NCBI GenBank assembly: GCA_030693335.1
Contig: JAUYAU010000001.1
Span: 13,796 to 77,795, forward strand
Direction of reading: 5' to 3'
Source of the DNA: Sulfuricurvum sp.
Lineage (GTDB): Bacteria; Campylobacterota; Campylobacteria; Campylobacterales; Sulfurimonadaceae
Length of the DNA stretch: 64,000 nt
Each line of letters opens with the position of its first letter. The stretch's first letter is position 1. The notes below the pieces were generated by a model. That model was not told the origin of the DNA and ran no database searches. It saw nothing but the letters and a program-made list of their open reading frames with translations. Made by a program: the position numbers and the translations under genes. Below, in pieces: positions 29,239 through 40,618 of the stretch.

Positions 29239-31200
29239 ATGAGCGATACTGTAAAACCTATTTTTCAACCAAACCCTGAGTTCGCGGCTGCCGCACGCAT
29301 TAAAAATATGAACGAGTACCTTGAGCTGCAAAAAATGGCTCAGGAAGACTACGAAGGATTTTGGGGTAAATTTGCCAACGAAAAGATTGATTGGTTCAAA
29401 CCCTATACGCAAGTGCTTGATGAGAGCAATGCCCCTTTTTACAAATGGTTTACAGGCGGTAAGCTCAACATTGCACACCAATGCATCGATCGTCATCTCA
29501 ACACCCGTAAAAACAAAGCGGCAATCATTTTTGAAGGGGATCGCGGAGATAAACAAATCGTCACGTATCTTGAACTTTATTACAACGTTAACCGTTTTGC
29601 CAATTTACTCAAAAATGAGTTTGGGGTTAAAAAAGGAGATCGTGTCGTCATTTACATGCCGATGATTCTCGAAGCGGCGTACGCAATGCTCGCCTGTACC
29701 CGTATCGGAGCGATCCACTCAATCGTATTTGGGGGATTTTCCTCCGAAGCGCTTCGCGATCGTATCATTGATGCAGAAGCAAAAGTCGTGATTACCGCCG
29801 ATGGAGCGTTTCGTAAAGACAAACCGTACATGCTTAAGCCTGTCGTCGATGAGGCGTTGAGCCATGGATGTGAATGCGTTGAAAAAGTACTGGTTGTAGA
29901 GCGTAACGGTGAAGACATTACCTGGGTCTCAGGGCGTGATTACTCCTACAATGAACTCATCCAAAACCAATCGCAAGTGTGTGCTTCTGAACCGATGGAT
30001 GCAGAAGATCCGATGTTCCTCCTCTATACTTCAGGCTCAACAGGAAAGCCAAAAGGGGTTCAGCACAATACCGGAGGATACATCCTCTGGGCGCAAATGA
30101 CGATGGAATGGGTTTTTGATGTCAAAGAAAACGATACCTACTGGTGTACGGCGGATATCGGATGGATTACGGGGCATACATATATCGTTTACGGACCTCT
30201 AGCCATGGGTGCTACAACCATAATGTTTGAGGGGGTTCCGACGTATCCCGATGCCGGACGACCGTGGAAAATGGTGGAAGAGTACAAAGTAAACCAGTTT
30301 TATACTGCACCAACCGCGATTCGTGTGTTGCATAAAATGGGGGAAGACGAACCCGCTAAATATGATTTGTCGTCTCTTAAAGTTTTGGGTACGGTAGGCG
30401 AGCCAATTGACCCTCCGGCATGGAAATGGTACTATGAGGCAGTAGGAGGAAGCAAGTGCGCTATTGTGGACACGTATTGGCAAACAGAGACAGGCGGGCA
30501 TATTATCTCTCCTCTTCCAGGGGCAACGCCAATCAAACCAGGCTGTGCTACGTTTCCGCTGCCTGGAATCATGGCAGAGGTTTTAGATCCTCAAACGGGT
30601 GAAAAAGTGGGAGCAGGGGAGAGCGGATACATGTGTATTACCCGTCCTTGGCCATCAATGATTCGCGGTATTTGGGGAGATCCTGAGCGTTTTGTAAAAT
30701 CGTATTTTGGTGATGTGAAAAAAGAGGGACAACCGGTCTACTTCACAGGTGATGGTGCGAACTACGACAACGACGGGTACATTACGATTACCGGACGTAC
30801 CGATGATGTTATCAATGTTTCGGGTCACCGTATGGGTACGGCTGAAGTAGAAGCGGCGTGTAAAAAACACCCCAACGTAGCAGAAGTAGCAGTTGTCGGA
30901 AAACCCCATGAGATCAAAGGGGAAGGGATTTTTGCTTACATCGTTCTCAAAAGCGACGATACCGTGGGTGAAGAGATGGAAATGGTAAAAGAGATCAATA
31001 AAGTGATCATGAAAGAGATTGGCAACATCGCCATCTGTGATGACATCGTGTTTGTCCCAGGCTTACCAAAAACCCGTTCGGGTAAAATCATGCGCCGTAT
31101 TTTGCGTTCGATTGCCAAGGGTGAAGCGATTACCCAAGATATCTCGACACTGGAAGATCCAAGTATTGTTGCGACTATTGAATCGAAGGTTAAGGGGTAA
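29239..31200 (+). CDS. acs: Acetate--CoA ligase (AMP-forming)
   Basis: [32 protein letters not shown]. Confidence 0.98.
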   Translation: MSDTVKPIFQPNPEFAAAARIKNMNEYLELQKMAQEDYEGFWGKFANEKIDWFKPYTQVLDESNAPFYKWFTGGKLNIAHQCIDRHLNTRKNKAAIIFEGDRGDKQIVTYLELYYNVNRFANLLKNEFGVKKGDRVVIYMPMILEAAYAMLACTRIGAIHSIVFGGFSSEALRDRIIDAEAKVVITADGAFRKDKPYMLKPVVDEALSHGCECVEKVLVVERNGEDITWVSGRDYSYNELIQNQSQVCASEPMDAEDPMFLLYTSGSTGKPKGVQHNTGGYILWAQMTMEWVFDVKENDTYWCTADIGWITGHTYIVYGPLAMGATTIMFEGVPTYPDAGRPWKMVEEYKVNQFYTAPTAIRVLHKMGEDEPAKYDLSSLKVLGTVGEPIDPPAWKWYYEAVGGSKCAIVDTYWQTETGGHIISPLPGATPIKPGCATFPLPGIMAEVLDPQTGEKVGAGESGYMCITRPWPSMIRGIWGDPERFVKSYFGDVKKEGQPVYFTGDGANYDNDGYITITGRTDDVINVSGHRMGTAEVEAACKKHPNVAEVAVVGKPHEIKGEGIFAYIVLKSDDTVGEEMEMVKEINKVIMKEIGNIAICDDIVFVPGLPKTRSGKIMRRILRSIAKGEAITQDISTLEDPSIVATIESKVKG

Positions 31201-31208
31201 ATTTCTCT

Positions 31209-31233
31209 ATATTCTCCATTGTGGGAATATTTT
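31209..31233 (+). terminator. Probable intrinsic terminator of acs
   Basis: ATATTC-t-CCA-TTG-TGG-GAATAT stem followed by TTT. Confidence 0.4.
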
Positions 31234-31294
31234 AAACTTCAAATTGTCCAGCCATACGTTATACTTATGCCTAAAATTATAATAATGGATTTTT

Positions 31295-32017
31295 ATGAGA
31301 TATAAAATTGGACGTTTACAAAACAGCATCTCTGCATTGGAACTCAAAGAGAGAACGCTTTACCAAAATACCTTGATTTTGGGTGAAGAGGGATCAGGTA
31401 AAACGCATTTGGCAAATAAGATTCGTCATTATGTGATGGCAAATGGTATTCCCACTCTTTATCTTGATTTTTCAGATCCTTCGATCGAAAAAATAGAAGA
31501 GAAGTTCAAGGATGCAGATACGTTCTTTTATCTTCGTTTTGAAGAGAGTGACGAATTTGAAGCGGCTTTGGATAAGGCGATTGCAGAGCGTCGAAACATT
31601 TATATGGCGGCTAACCCTTCGTATTTTGCGGCTAAGCGTAATGTAAAAAGCAAGCTTTCTCGGATGATTCAGAAACATGAGTTGTTGGAAAATTATTATT
31701 ACTTTTTCCATGAAATTGAGAGTTTGAATGGATTTTATACCAAATTTGAAGATTTTATTTATTATATTTTCGATCTCGTAAATATGAAAAAATACGGATT
31801 TACCTTTTTGGCACAGCCTAACGAGATATTCGAAGATCCTCGTATCAAGCTTCTTTTTACTTTTCTTTATTTAGGACGCTGCTCGAATGCGCATTATTAC
31901 AATACGTCGGTTTTGCGAAGTTTAAAAACCAATACCTTTTATTATCAGTATCGCATGGACAATCGCTCATTGCTATTTAATCAGATACAAAGTGATATCG
32001 CTATTATTGATGCCTAA
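31295..32017 (+). CDS. Uncharacterised P-loop NTPase-like protein
   Basis: Walker A GEEGSGKT; Walker B candidate is degenerate (YYFFHE). Confidence 0.7.
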   Translation: MRYKIGRLQNSISALELKERTLYQNTLILGEEGSGKTHLANKIRHYVMANGIPTLYLDFSDPSIEKIEEKFKDADTFFYLRFEESDEFEAALDKAIAERRNIYMAANPSYFAAKRNVKSKLSRMIQKHELLENYYYFFHEIESLNGFYTKFEDFIYYIFDLVNMKKYGFTFLAQPNEIFEDPRIKLLFTFLYLGRCSNAHYYNTSVLRSLKTNTFYYQYRMDNRSLLFNQIQSDIAIIDA

Positions 32018-32890
32018 ATGACTGGCTTGAACCCTTTAGCATTATGGATGCTCTTTTCCATGATGTTATGGGGTGCGGGTTGGCCTGTTTTGAAAATTCT
32101 CTCCGAGAGTGTTTCTTGGGAAGTGGCGACTTTTTGGCGATTAGCACTGATGACTCTTGCCTATCTCCCCGTTTTGTGGTGGAATAAAAAACCCTTGTAT
32201 TTAGTCAAATCGGCATGGATTTCTGTCACGATGAGCGGATTATTGTATGCGCTTTTTATGGTTCTCTCCTTTTTAGGTGTTCAGGTCGCCACTGCGGGAG
32301 CAGGGGGGATGATCATCACTACTCTTAGCCCTGTTATGATTGTATTAATTACAATTGTTTTTACTGGTTTTCGTCCTTCAAAGCAACATATTTTTGGATT
32401 AGGATTGGGTTTACTGGGCGGTATTGTTATGATCGAACTTTGGGAGGGGACCATTTTGACCAATGTGGGTAATTTGGTGTTTATCCTTGCTGCGTTAACG
32501 TGGAGTATTTTGAGTGTATTGGCTCAAAACTCACGTCAGTACCTAGACCCTATTCGTTACAGTTTTTTTTTAGGACTGATTGCAACGTTTTGTATGTTTA
32601 TCATAGCTTATGGGCATGGGATTTTGAGCGTATTTGATCAGGGAATACATTTTTGGGGTGCATTGCTGTATTTATCGGTAATGACGCAGACAGTGGCAAC
32701 CACCATCTATTTTGTGGCATCTGGGAAAATGGGATCTGCAAAAGCGAGTTCATATATGCTTTTAGTACCGCTATTTGCTCTTGTAAGCAGTTATGTGTTG
32801 TTGGGTGAGATTCCTTCAGTTTCGTTGCTTGTGGGGGGTGTTATGAGTATTGTGGCGGTGTATTGGATCAATCAGGCGAAAACTGCCTGA
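32018..32890 (+). CDS. EamA/DMT family transporter
   Basis: LWGAGWP start; about 10 TMs in two repeats. Confidence 0.88.
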   Translation: MTGLNPLALWMLFSMMLWGAGWPVLKILSESVSWEVATFWRLALMTLAYLPVLWWNKKPLYLVKSAWISVTMSGLLYALFMVLSFLGVQVATAGAGGMIITTLSPVMIVLITIVFTGFRPSKQHIFGLGLGLLGGIVMIELWEGTILTNVGNLVFILAALTWSILSVLAQNSRQYLDPIRYSFFLGLIATFCMFIIAYGHGILSVFDQGIHFWGALLYLSVMTQTVATTIYFVASGKMGSAKASSYMLLVPLFALVSSYVLLGEIPSVSLLVGGVMSIVAVYWINQAKTA

Positions 32891-32903
32891 AGGGGTAAAT
32901 ATA

Positions 32904-34355
32904 TTAGGCTGGATTTGCTTCTTGAACCATTTTTTCCAATAAGACAAACAGCTGTTTGCTGTTTTCTTCCATCGCCGTCATGTTTTTGATGATAGACTCT
33001 TTGGTTTTGATATTTCGGCAATCTTTACGCGAGATGCATTCAAGGGTTTGGTCAACAAACTTATGAAGAGCCGTATGCGGCGCTTCCATCATTTTATAAG
33101 CCTGAGTATTGGAAAACATCTCTTTGCCTTCACCCTCATAATACCATTTACCCATTCGGCAATTGTGGTGATCTGCCGTAATTATGGCATTGTGATCTGT
33201 TTCATGCATAATGTTTGAATAGGTATTATGTTTGTAGATGATGTGATCTACTTTGACAAGTGCAGTAAAGAGAGAATCGTTAATGTATTTGGCGGCTTTT
33301 GCTGAAGCGTAGGCCGTATTTGCAAAGTTCTCTAAAATGTCTTCAAATTCATGCACATCTGAACGCGATTTCTGGGCAATATCGGTGATGGTGTCTGAAT
33401 TTCCCTGAATATCATTGGCTTCTTGTTGCAGGGTGTTGAGCGTCATTGAGATTTCTTGAGTCGCTTTTTGGGTACGCTCTGCGAGTTTGCGTACTTCATC
33501 GGCTACAACTGCAAATCCGCGGCCATGTTCACCTGCGCGTGCGGCTTCGATTGCAGCATTGAGGGCCAATAGGTTCGTCTGATCAGCGATGTCTTTAATG
33601 AGATTGGCAACGGTACTTATTTCATTGGTTCGTTGGCTCAGAGAAGTGATTGCTTCGCTGGAACCAGAAATTAGCTCCATAAGATTTTCCAAATTGGAAA
33701 CAATGGTGGCTACGCTGGATTGACTTTTGGTTACCTCTTGCGCAGTCTTTGATGACGTTTTGTTAATTTCTCTTGAGTAATCACAATTTTTTTGTATGTC
33801 CGTTTGTATTGTGGATAAAGAGGTCGAAATACCGCCACTCATTCGTTCAAATTCATGACCAAGTTCGCTGCTCATTTTTCCTTTAAAGGAAGCAGCTATT
33901 TCGTCAATGGCATGGTTAAAGACTGATCCTATTTCGGTAAAATCCCCTTTATACCCTTCTTTAAAAAGGATACGGTTCATTTTTCCCTGATTAGCGGAAT
34001 CCAAAGAGGCATGGATGTCTCGCATCATTTGTTCTACTTGATCGAGAAGATCATTAATACTCCATGCGACACCTTGGAGAATATGTTGATCAGAGATACG
34101 TGTAATTCTCTCAGAGAGATTTCCGCTGGATGCTTTGAGCAGTACATCGCGAATTTGACGTATGAGGACATCGTTGAAGATTTTTGCACATGGCTCATCG
34201 TCTTGGGCAATAAACAGACCCCCGATGGCCGCTATGAAAACAACACCGGCAGGTAAAAAAGAGCCCATAGTTGCTAAATACACAGCAGTACCGATCGCTA
34301 GGGCGAGGTAAAAAAGAGTTCTTTTATTGCTGAAGAGAGAGGACGAATTCGTCAT
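32904..34355 (-). CDS. Methyl-accepting chemotaxis protein with a TM hairpin and C-terminal CZB zinc-binding domain
   Basis: [34 protein letters not shown]; CZB residues DH...[10 protein letters not shown]...PH..LH; start at 34355 with AAGGAG RBS. Confidence 0.93.
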   Translation of the reverse strand: MTNSSSLFSNKRTLFYLALAIGTAVYLATMGSFLPAGVVFIAAIGGLFIAQDDEPCAKIFNDVLIRQIRDVLLKASSGNLSERITRISDQHILQGVAWSINDLLDQVEQMMRDIHASLDSANQGKMNRILFKEGYKGDFTEIGSVFNHAIDEIAASFKGKMSSELGHEFERMSGGISTSLSTIQTDIQKNCDYSREINKTSSKTAQEVTKSQSSVATIVSNLENLMELISGSSEAITSLSQRTNEISTVANLIKDIADQTNLLALNAAIEAARAGEHGRGFAVVADEVRKLAERTQKATQEISMTLNTLQQEANDIQGNSDTITDIAQKSRSDVHEFEDILENFANTAYASAKAAKYINDSLFTALVKVDHIIYKHNTYSNIMHETDHNAIITADHHNCRMGKWYYEGEGKEMFSNTQAYKMMEAPHTALHKFVDQTLECISRKDCRNIKTKESIIKNMTAMEENSKQLFVLLEKMVQEANPA

Positions 34356-34833
34356 AGGTGACTCCTTGTTCATTTAATACGGTGTTGAGTAAATTGAGAG
34401 ATGCATCCATGCCGCCCGTTCGTTCAGCTGCAATGAGCTGTGCGTAGATGCCTGGGATCACATCCAGCGCTTTTTTGCTAGGTTTTCGTCGCACGGAGTG
34501 AAAGTCACGGACCGTTCCATTGGGATTGAGGGTTGCAGTCGCATTGGCAAATACCCAGTAATATGAGCCGTCTTTGCATAAGTTTTTGACATAGGCAAAA
34601 ATCTCTTGTTTATTTTGGATTCGATCCCATAAAAGCTTGAAAACAATTTTTGGCATATCGGGATGGCGCAAGATAGAGTGAGGTGCATCTAGCAGTTCGT
34701 GCTCTTCGTATCCTGACATCTTGATAAACGTTTTATTACCGTAGATTATTTTACCGCGGGCATCAGTCTTGGAAACGATGAAATCATTTTCATTGAGCAT
34801 TAATTGATTTTGGGTTGGATTGGGTCGATGCAT
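34324..34833 (-). CDS. Stand-alone Aer-type PAS protein (CetB-like)
   Basis: [51 protein letters not shown] signature. Confidence 0.9.
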   Translation of the reverse strand: MHRPNPTQNQLMLNENDFIVSKTDARGKIIYGNKTFIKMSGYEEHELLDAPHSILRHPDMPKIVFKLLWDRIQNKQEIFAYVKNLCKDGSYYWVFANATATLNPNGTVRDFHSVRRKPSKKALDVIPGIYAQLIAAERTGGMDASLNLLNTVLNEQGVTYDEFVLSLQQ

Positions 34834-34835
34834 GT

Positions 34836-37424
34836 TTACTCCTTTGTATTATTGGTTATTTGGTGTGATGCATAAAATTTTTCAAATATATTAGCTAAAA
34901 TAGGCTTAGTGTAATAATATCCCTGTATTTCATCACACCCTTGCTCTTGTAGGAATTGTAGTTGTTCGAGCGTTTCAACCCCTTCTGCAATGGTAACGAG
35001 TTCAAGTGAATGGGCAAGCTGGATGACGGCTTTGACAATGGCTTTGTCTTCAGGATCGGTGCGTATGTCACGTACGAAGGATTGATCGATTTTGAGTTTG
35101 TAGACTTTGAATTGTTTGAGGTAAGATAGAGATGAATAACCTGTACCAAAATCATCGATAGACATACGTATACCGATTTCATTCAAGGTATTCATGACTT
35201 TGATTGCATCTTTCGGATCGTGCATCGCTACACCTTCGGTGAGCTCGATTTCGAGATATTGAGGATCCAGTTTGGCTTCGTCTAAAATATTGACAATGAG
35301 ACTGGGGAGGCTTGGATGGCGAAACTGGACCGCTGAAAGATTGACAGCCATGATTAAAGTGATTCCCTTTTGCTTCCATGCTGCTGCTTGGGAAACAGCT
35401 GTACGCAAAACCCATTCACCCAGAGAAAGGATTATTCCGTTGTCTTCTGCAATGGGGATAAATTCAGCGGGTGATACAGAACCAAACTGCGGGTGTTCCC
35501 AGCGAATGAGTGCTTCAGAACCGATAATTTTTCCATCTGCAGCACTTAGCTGAGGCTGATAGACAAGATGAAATTCATTTCGTTCCAGTGCCGTGTGCAG
35601 GGCATTGCTAAGCTCAAGGTTTCGCTGAGAATTTCTCTGCATTTCATGAGTAAAGAAACAGTAGGCATTACGTCCCTCTTGTTTAGCTCGGTACATTGCG
35701 ACATCGGCATTTTTAGAGAGCGTCTCGATGTCCGTACCATCAGACGGATACAACGCGATACCGATTGAAGCGGTGACGGTAAGCTCATGATCTGCAAGCT
35801 TAAACGGGTTAGCGATAGACGACAACAGTTTTTGGGCTACCTGTGCGGCGCCATTGGCATCCGTTTCAGGCAATAAGAGGATAAATTCGTCTCCTCCCAT
35901 GCGTGAGACGGTATCTTCTTCACGTACGGCAGCACTTAAACGTTTTGAAAGCTCCATGAGCAACAGGTCTCCGATACTGTGACCGAGCGTATCATTAATG
36001 CTCTTGAAATGATCGAGATCGAGGAAAATGAGGGCAAAACTGCCTTCGTTACGTTTTGCGATATTGAGAGTATATTGGAGATGGTCATCCATTTGCATAC
36101 GATTGGGAAGTCCTGTCAGGGGATCAAAATTTGCTAAATAGTGGATTTTTTCTTGGGTCTTTTTTTGTTCGCTTATGTCTTCTTCGATAGCAATGTAATG
36201 CGTCGTTTTTCCCTCTTTATCCAAAACAGGAGCAATATTGATGGAATAGATATAGTTAGTTCCGTCTTTACGTTTGTTGATAAACTCGCCTTGCCATTTT
36301 TCTTGACGGACGAGAGCATCCCACATAGAGTCATACGCATGCGCAGGTGTACTCCCTGATTGTAGAAGGCGCGGATTTTTACCGATCACCTCATCCGATG
36401 TGTATCCTGTAGCGGTAATAAAAGCACTATTGACGTATTCGATGTTGCCTTTAAAATCGGTGATAATGATTGAACTTGGACTTTGTTCCATGGCTTGGGT
36501 AACCATACTCAGTTGACTTTCATTTTTCTTACGTTCGGTATCGATGTAAGAGAGTTTGTTTTTTGTTTCGGATAACCAGCCGAGAATGCTATTTTCCAAG
36601 CCTTCATCGATTTGAATTTCAGAGGATAAATCTCCGCTTCCGATTTTGACAATATGGGAATGAAGATATTGTAATGATCCACCTATAATCAAATGCAATG
36701 TTCGGCGGATACGCCACACTGCCCAGATCAAGATCACTCCAAAGAGAATAAAGATAATACGCATAAGATAAGCTATCTTTACAGCGCGGTCAACTGCCTC
36801 ATGTGTCCGTTGATCCATCATAATATAAGCATCACTAATGGGTTTCATAATCCTATATTTAGCTTGATGATATTTAGCATCATGAAGCATTGTGTAGGCT
36901 ATATACCGATTCTTATCTGTAGTTGGTGTCGTTGACTCGATGATCTTCATGGCCTCGAATTCGATTTTAGTCAGTTCATCAGAATTTTTCTTTGCTTCAG
37001 AGAGTTTTGCAAACTCTTGGGGCGTATAGCCTTCTTCTTTCATTAGATTCAATAAAGAGACAGGTTTTATATTTGATGGGAAAGGGCGTTTATCATCCGA
37101 TAATACAAGATCCCAATAGATCTTTCTATGATAATTTGGACGGGATATTGTTCCATTACGTATATCGAGAATCTCTTGGTAGTGTTGTTTATAGAGCGGA
37201 TCATCGGTGAGGATGTAGGTGCGAACCATGCGCGTTAAATCATCAGAACTTTGACGTAACCTGTCTGCAAGCCTATGCGATTCAAAACGCTGTGTGTTGG
37301 CGGCATCAATCGCTTTTTCAGAACGGATATAAAAAATAAAAGTAATGGAAAAAATGATAAATACAAAAACGGTTGCCCATAAAGAGCGGTTAAGCAGTAT
37401 TAAATGTTTATTTGAAGAGAGCAT
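34836..37424 (-). CDS. Membrane-anchored sensor-PAS-GGDEF-EAL c-di-GMP enzyme
   Basis: Two TMs flanking a periplasmic helical domain; PAS; REEDTVSRMGGDEF; EALIRW; DDFGTGYSSL. Confidence 0.93.
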   Translation of the reverse strand: MLSSNKHLILLNRSLWATVFVFIIFSITFIFYIRSEKAIDAANTQRFESHRLADRLRQSSDDLTRMVRTYILTDDPLYKQHYQEILDIRNGTISRPNYHRKIYWDLVLSDDKRPFPSNIKPVSLLNLMKEEGYTPQEFAKLSEAKKNSDELTKIEFEAMKIIESTTPTTDKNRYIAYTMLHDAKYHQAKYRIMKPISDAYIMMDQRTHEAVDRAVKIAYLMRIIFILFGVILIWAVWRIRRTLHLIIGGSLQYLHSHIVKIGSGDLSSEIQIDEGLENSILGWLSETKNKLSYIDTERKKNESQLSMVTQAMEQSPSSIIITDFKGNIEYVNSAFITATGYTSDEVIGKNPRLLQSGSTPAHAYDSMWDALVRQEKWQGEFINKRKDGTNYIYSINIAPVLDKEGKTTHYIAIEEDISEQKKTQEKIHYLANFDPLTGLPNRMQMDDHLQYTLNIAKRNEGSFALIFLDLDHFKSINDTLGHSIGDLLLMELSKRLSAAVREEDTVSRMGGDEFILLLPETDANGAAQVAQKLLSSIANPFKLADHELTVTASIGIALYPSDGTDIETLSKNADVAMYRAKQEGRNAYCFFTHEMQRNSQRNLELSNALHTALERNEFHLVYQPQLSAADGKIIGSEALIRWEHPQFGSVSPAEFIPIAEDNGIILSLGEWVLRTAVSQAAAWKQKGITLIMAVNLSAVQFRHPSLPSLIVNILDEAKLDPQYLEIELTEGVAMHDPKDAIKVMNTLNEIGIRMSIDDFGTGYSSLSYLKQFKVYKLKIDQSFVRDIRTDPEDKAIVKAVIQLAHSLELVTIAEGVETLEQLQFLQEQGCDEIQGYYYTKPILANIFEKFYASHQITNNTKE

Positions 37425-37470
37425 TTTATTCCGCTTGAATTAAGGATAGTGAATACTATGTATATCGCAA

Positions 37471-39750
37471 TTATAGCGTATTATAAAGGCTTCGGAAAAA
37501 TTTTTCAAACTCTTTGGGGGACAACGGTTTACTGTAATAATACCCCTGTATTTCATCACACCCTTGTTCGCGTAAGTATTCCAGCTGTTCGAGCGTTTCT
37601 ACACCCTCTGCAATCGTTTGAAGATCAAGGCTTCGGGCCATATTGATGATGGCGTTGACGATCGCTTTGTCTTCAGAATTGGTACCGATATCATGAACAA
37701 ACGACTGATCTATTTTGAGCTTGTAGACTTTAAATTTTTTGAGATAACTCAAAGAAGAATAACCAGTGCCAAAATCATCAATGGACATTCGAATCCCGCG
37801 TTCGTGCAGATCGTTCATCGTGTTGATAGCGACTTGAGGATCGTGCATCGCTATGCTTTCGGTTAATTCAATCTCCAAATATTGGGGAGGAAACTCTGCT
37901 TCTTCCAAGATGCTGGTGATTAGATCGGGTAAATTGGGATGACGAAACTGAACTGCGGAGATATTAATGGCAATAATCATGGGAGGCTGTCCATTGTCTA
38001 TCCAGCTTTTTGCTTGAGAAATTGCAGTACGCAATACCCACTCTCCAATGGACAAAATCATTCCGTTTTCTTCAGCGATGGGGATGAATTCGTCCGGAGG
38101 TACGCTGCCAAATTCAGGATGCTGCCAGCGCAGCAATGCCTCTGCTCCTACAATACGTTCTCCTGATGCACTAAGCTGTGGCTGATAAACAAGATGCAGT
38201 TCATGGCGCTCAAGTGCATGATGCAATGCGTTGCTCAATTGAAGAATACGATGAGAATTGGCTTGCATCTCTGGGGTAAAAAAGCAGTAGCTGTTGCGTC
38301 CATCATTCTTGGCCCTGTACATCGCCGTATCGGCGTTTTTGGAGAGCATCTCTATGTCTACACCATCATTAGGGTACAAAGCAATACCGATGGAGGCTGT
38401 AATAGAGAGTTGGTATTCCTCTATCAAGAACGTCTTTGCAATGGAATTCAATAATTTTTGGGCTACTTGAATGGTCCCGTGTGCGTCAGAACTGGGCAAT
38501 AAAATAATGAATTCATCACCCCCCATACGCGATATGGTATCTTGATCACGCAATGAAGCGGTAAGACGTTTGGAAAGCTCAATAAGTAATTTATCTCCAA
38601 TACTGTGCCCAAGCGTATCGTTGATGTTTTTGAAGTGATCGAGATCGAGAAATAAAACGGCAAAAAATCCACCATTTCGCTTTGCCAAGTTCAAGGTATA
38701 TTGCATATGGTCATCCATCTGCAATCGGTTGGGTAATCCCGTAAGAGGATCGAAGTTTACGAGATAGTGGATACGCTCTTCGGCTTGTTTACGTTCAGAT
38801 ATATCCTCTTTTATGGCCATATAGTGCGTTATTTTTCCATCCTTTTGACGTACGGGAGCGATGCGAATAAACTCGATATACTCGGTACCGTCTTTACGCC
38901 GATTGATAAACTCACCCTGCCAATTTTCGCCACGTGTCAGATGTTCCCACATATCGGCATACGTAGCAGACGGGGTTTTCTCTGAATGGAGAAAATTTGG
39001 ATTTTTGCCGATTACTTCCTCCACCGAATATCCTGTCGTTTTAAAAAAAGCGGCATTTGCGTACTCGATGTTTGCATCAAGATCGGTGATAATAATTGTA
39101 TTAGGGCTTTGTTCTACTGCTTGGGAAAGTTTTAGCAGCTGATCTTCACTCTTTTTACGCTGAGTGATGTCACGGGACAAAACAATAAAGCGGGGACTCT
39201 CTTTGTCGGTTTCCAATTTTTTAGATACTGAAAGTTCAAACCAGCTTTTCCCCTGTGGAAGCAATATCTCGATTTGCTTATCGTATGAAAATCCTTTTTC
39301 ATTGGCTTCTTGCAATGCCAAAAGGCACGTTTGGGCAGCTTGCTCAGGGAGGATGTCTCGAACGGTTTTTCCTAAAAGTGTTTCGGCTGGGGCTGCGAGT
39401 AAATGGATACGCGGCGAATGGTAATCATAGTATTTTCCCTCCAAATCCACTTCAAACAATAAATCCGGAATAGCATTGAGGGTTGAGGATATTTGGTTGT
39501 GCACCTTTAGGAGTTGTTTACGCCATCTTTTCAGCAATACATATAATATGCTGCCAGTAACGATAACAAAAAGTGCCCCTTTACCCACTTCAAATTGATT
39601 TGCGATAACGGAGTCGCCAATCGTGATGGCCAATACATAATCAGACCCAAAAATCCATAAAAGGCCGAAGAAAATATAGAATAAGGTTAAGCTAAGAGGA
39701 GTCAACCAGCATGTACGACAAAAATGCAAAAGAGTGTTAACAAAGAACAT
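37471..39750 (-). CDS. TM-PAS-PAS-GGDEF-EAL c-di-GMP enzyme, paralog of the downstream gene
   Basis: N-terminal TMs, two PAS domains, RDQDTISRMGGDEF, EALLRW, DDFGTGYSSL. Confidence 0.93.
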   Translation of the reverse strand: MFFVNTLLHFCRTCWLTPLSLTLFYIFFGLLWIFGSDYVLAITIGDSVIANQFEVGKGALFVIVTGSILYVLLKRWRKQLLKVHNQISSTLNAIPDLLFEVDLEGKYYDYHSPRIHLLAAPAETLLGKTVRDILPEQAAQTCLLALQEANEKGFSYDKQIEILLPQGKSWFELSVSKKLETDKESPRFIVLSRDITQRKKSEDQLLKLSQAVEQSPNTIIITDLDANIEYANAAFFKTTGYSVEEVIGKNPNFLHSEKTPSATYADMWEHLTRGENWQGEFINRRKDGTEYIEFIRIAPVRQKDGKITHYMAIKEDISERKQAEERIHYLVNFDPLTGLPNRLQMDDHMQYTLNLAKRNGGFFAVLFLDLDHFKNINDTLGHSIGDKLLIELSKRLTASLRDQDTISRMGGDEFIILLPSSDAHGTIQVAQKLLNSIAKTFLIEEYQLSITASIGIALYPNDGVDIEMLSKNADTAMYRAKNDGRNSYCFFTPEMQANSHRILQLSNALHHALERHELHLVYQPQLSASGERIVGAEALLRWQHPEFGSVPPDEFIPIAEENGMILSIGEWVLRTAISQAKSWIDNGQPPMIIAINISAVQFRHPNLPDLITSILEEAEFPPQYLEIELTESIAMHDPQVAINTMNDLHERGIRMSIDDFGTGYSSLSYLKKFKVYKLKIDQSFVHDIGTNSEDKAIVNAIINMARSLDLQTIAEGVETLEQLEYLREQGCDEIQGYYYSKPLSPKEFEKFFRSLYNTL

Positions 39751-39898
39751 ATATGCTCCAATAAATAAAAAAAGTTGAAAGAAGTTTGAGATTGGTTGTA
39801 TTTTAACACAAACTACCTCATTTAAGAGGAGTGCTTGAGGATTGGTTTTTAACCATTAAACGGCTACAATTTCATTAATTTTTCATGGGAGTCTGTGT

Positions 39899-40606
39899 AT
39901 GGGTAGAGCGTTCGAATATCGTAAAGCCGCAAAAATGAAACGCTGGGGAAATATGTCCCGCGTATTTCCAAAGCTTGGAAAAATCATTACGATGGCAGCA
40001 AAAGAGGGGGGTGACGATCCCGACATGAATCCGAAGCTTCGATCAGCAATTATGACAGCAAAAGCGCAAAATATGCCAAAAGACAATATTGACGCGGCGA
40101 TTAAACGGGCATCGGGGAAAGATGCTATTTCGCTTGCTGAGATGAATATCGAGGGCAAAGGGCCTCATGGTGTTTTGTTTTTCGTCGAGTGTGCAACGGA
40201 CAACAATGCCCGTACCATCTCCAATGTTCGTACGATTTTTGGACGTGCCAAGGGTGAGACGCTGAACAATGGCTCGCTGGAATTTATGTTTAGCCGCAAA
40301 GCGGTATTTCGTTTTCCAAAACCCGATATGGATTTGGATGAACTCGAATTTGCACTCATCGATGCAGGGATAGAGAGTTTGGAAGAAGAAGAGGGTGAAG
40401 TGAGCGTGTTTGGCGAGTACACCGCATTTGGTGCATTGTCTGCTGAACTCGAAAAGATGGGGATCACTCCTGACAGTGCGGCGTTAGAGCGTATTGCTAA
40501 CAGTCCTATCGAATTTACCGATGAACAAATGGCTGATGTTGAAAAGCTGATCGACAAACTCGAAGATGACGAAGATGTCCAAGCCGTTTACACCAATATG
40601 GGTTAA
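39899..40606 (+). CDS. YebC/PmpR family protein
   Basis: [36 protein letters not shown]. Confidence 0.95.
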   Translation: MGRAFEYRKAAKMKRWGNMSRVFPKLGKIITMAAKEGGDDPDMNPKLRSAIMTAKAQNMPKDNIDAAIKRASGKDAISLAEMNIEGKGPHGVLFFVECATDNNARTISNVRTIFGRAKGETLNNGSLEFMFSRKAVFRFPKPDMDLDELEFALIDAGIESLEEEEGEVSVFGEYTAFGALSAELEKMGITPDSAALERIANSPIEFTDEQMADVEKLIDKLEDDEDVQAVYTNMG

Positions 40607-40618
40607 GTAAAACAGCTT

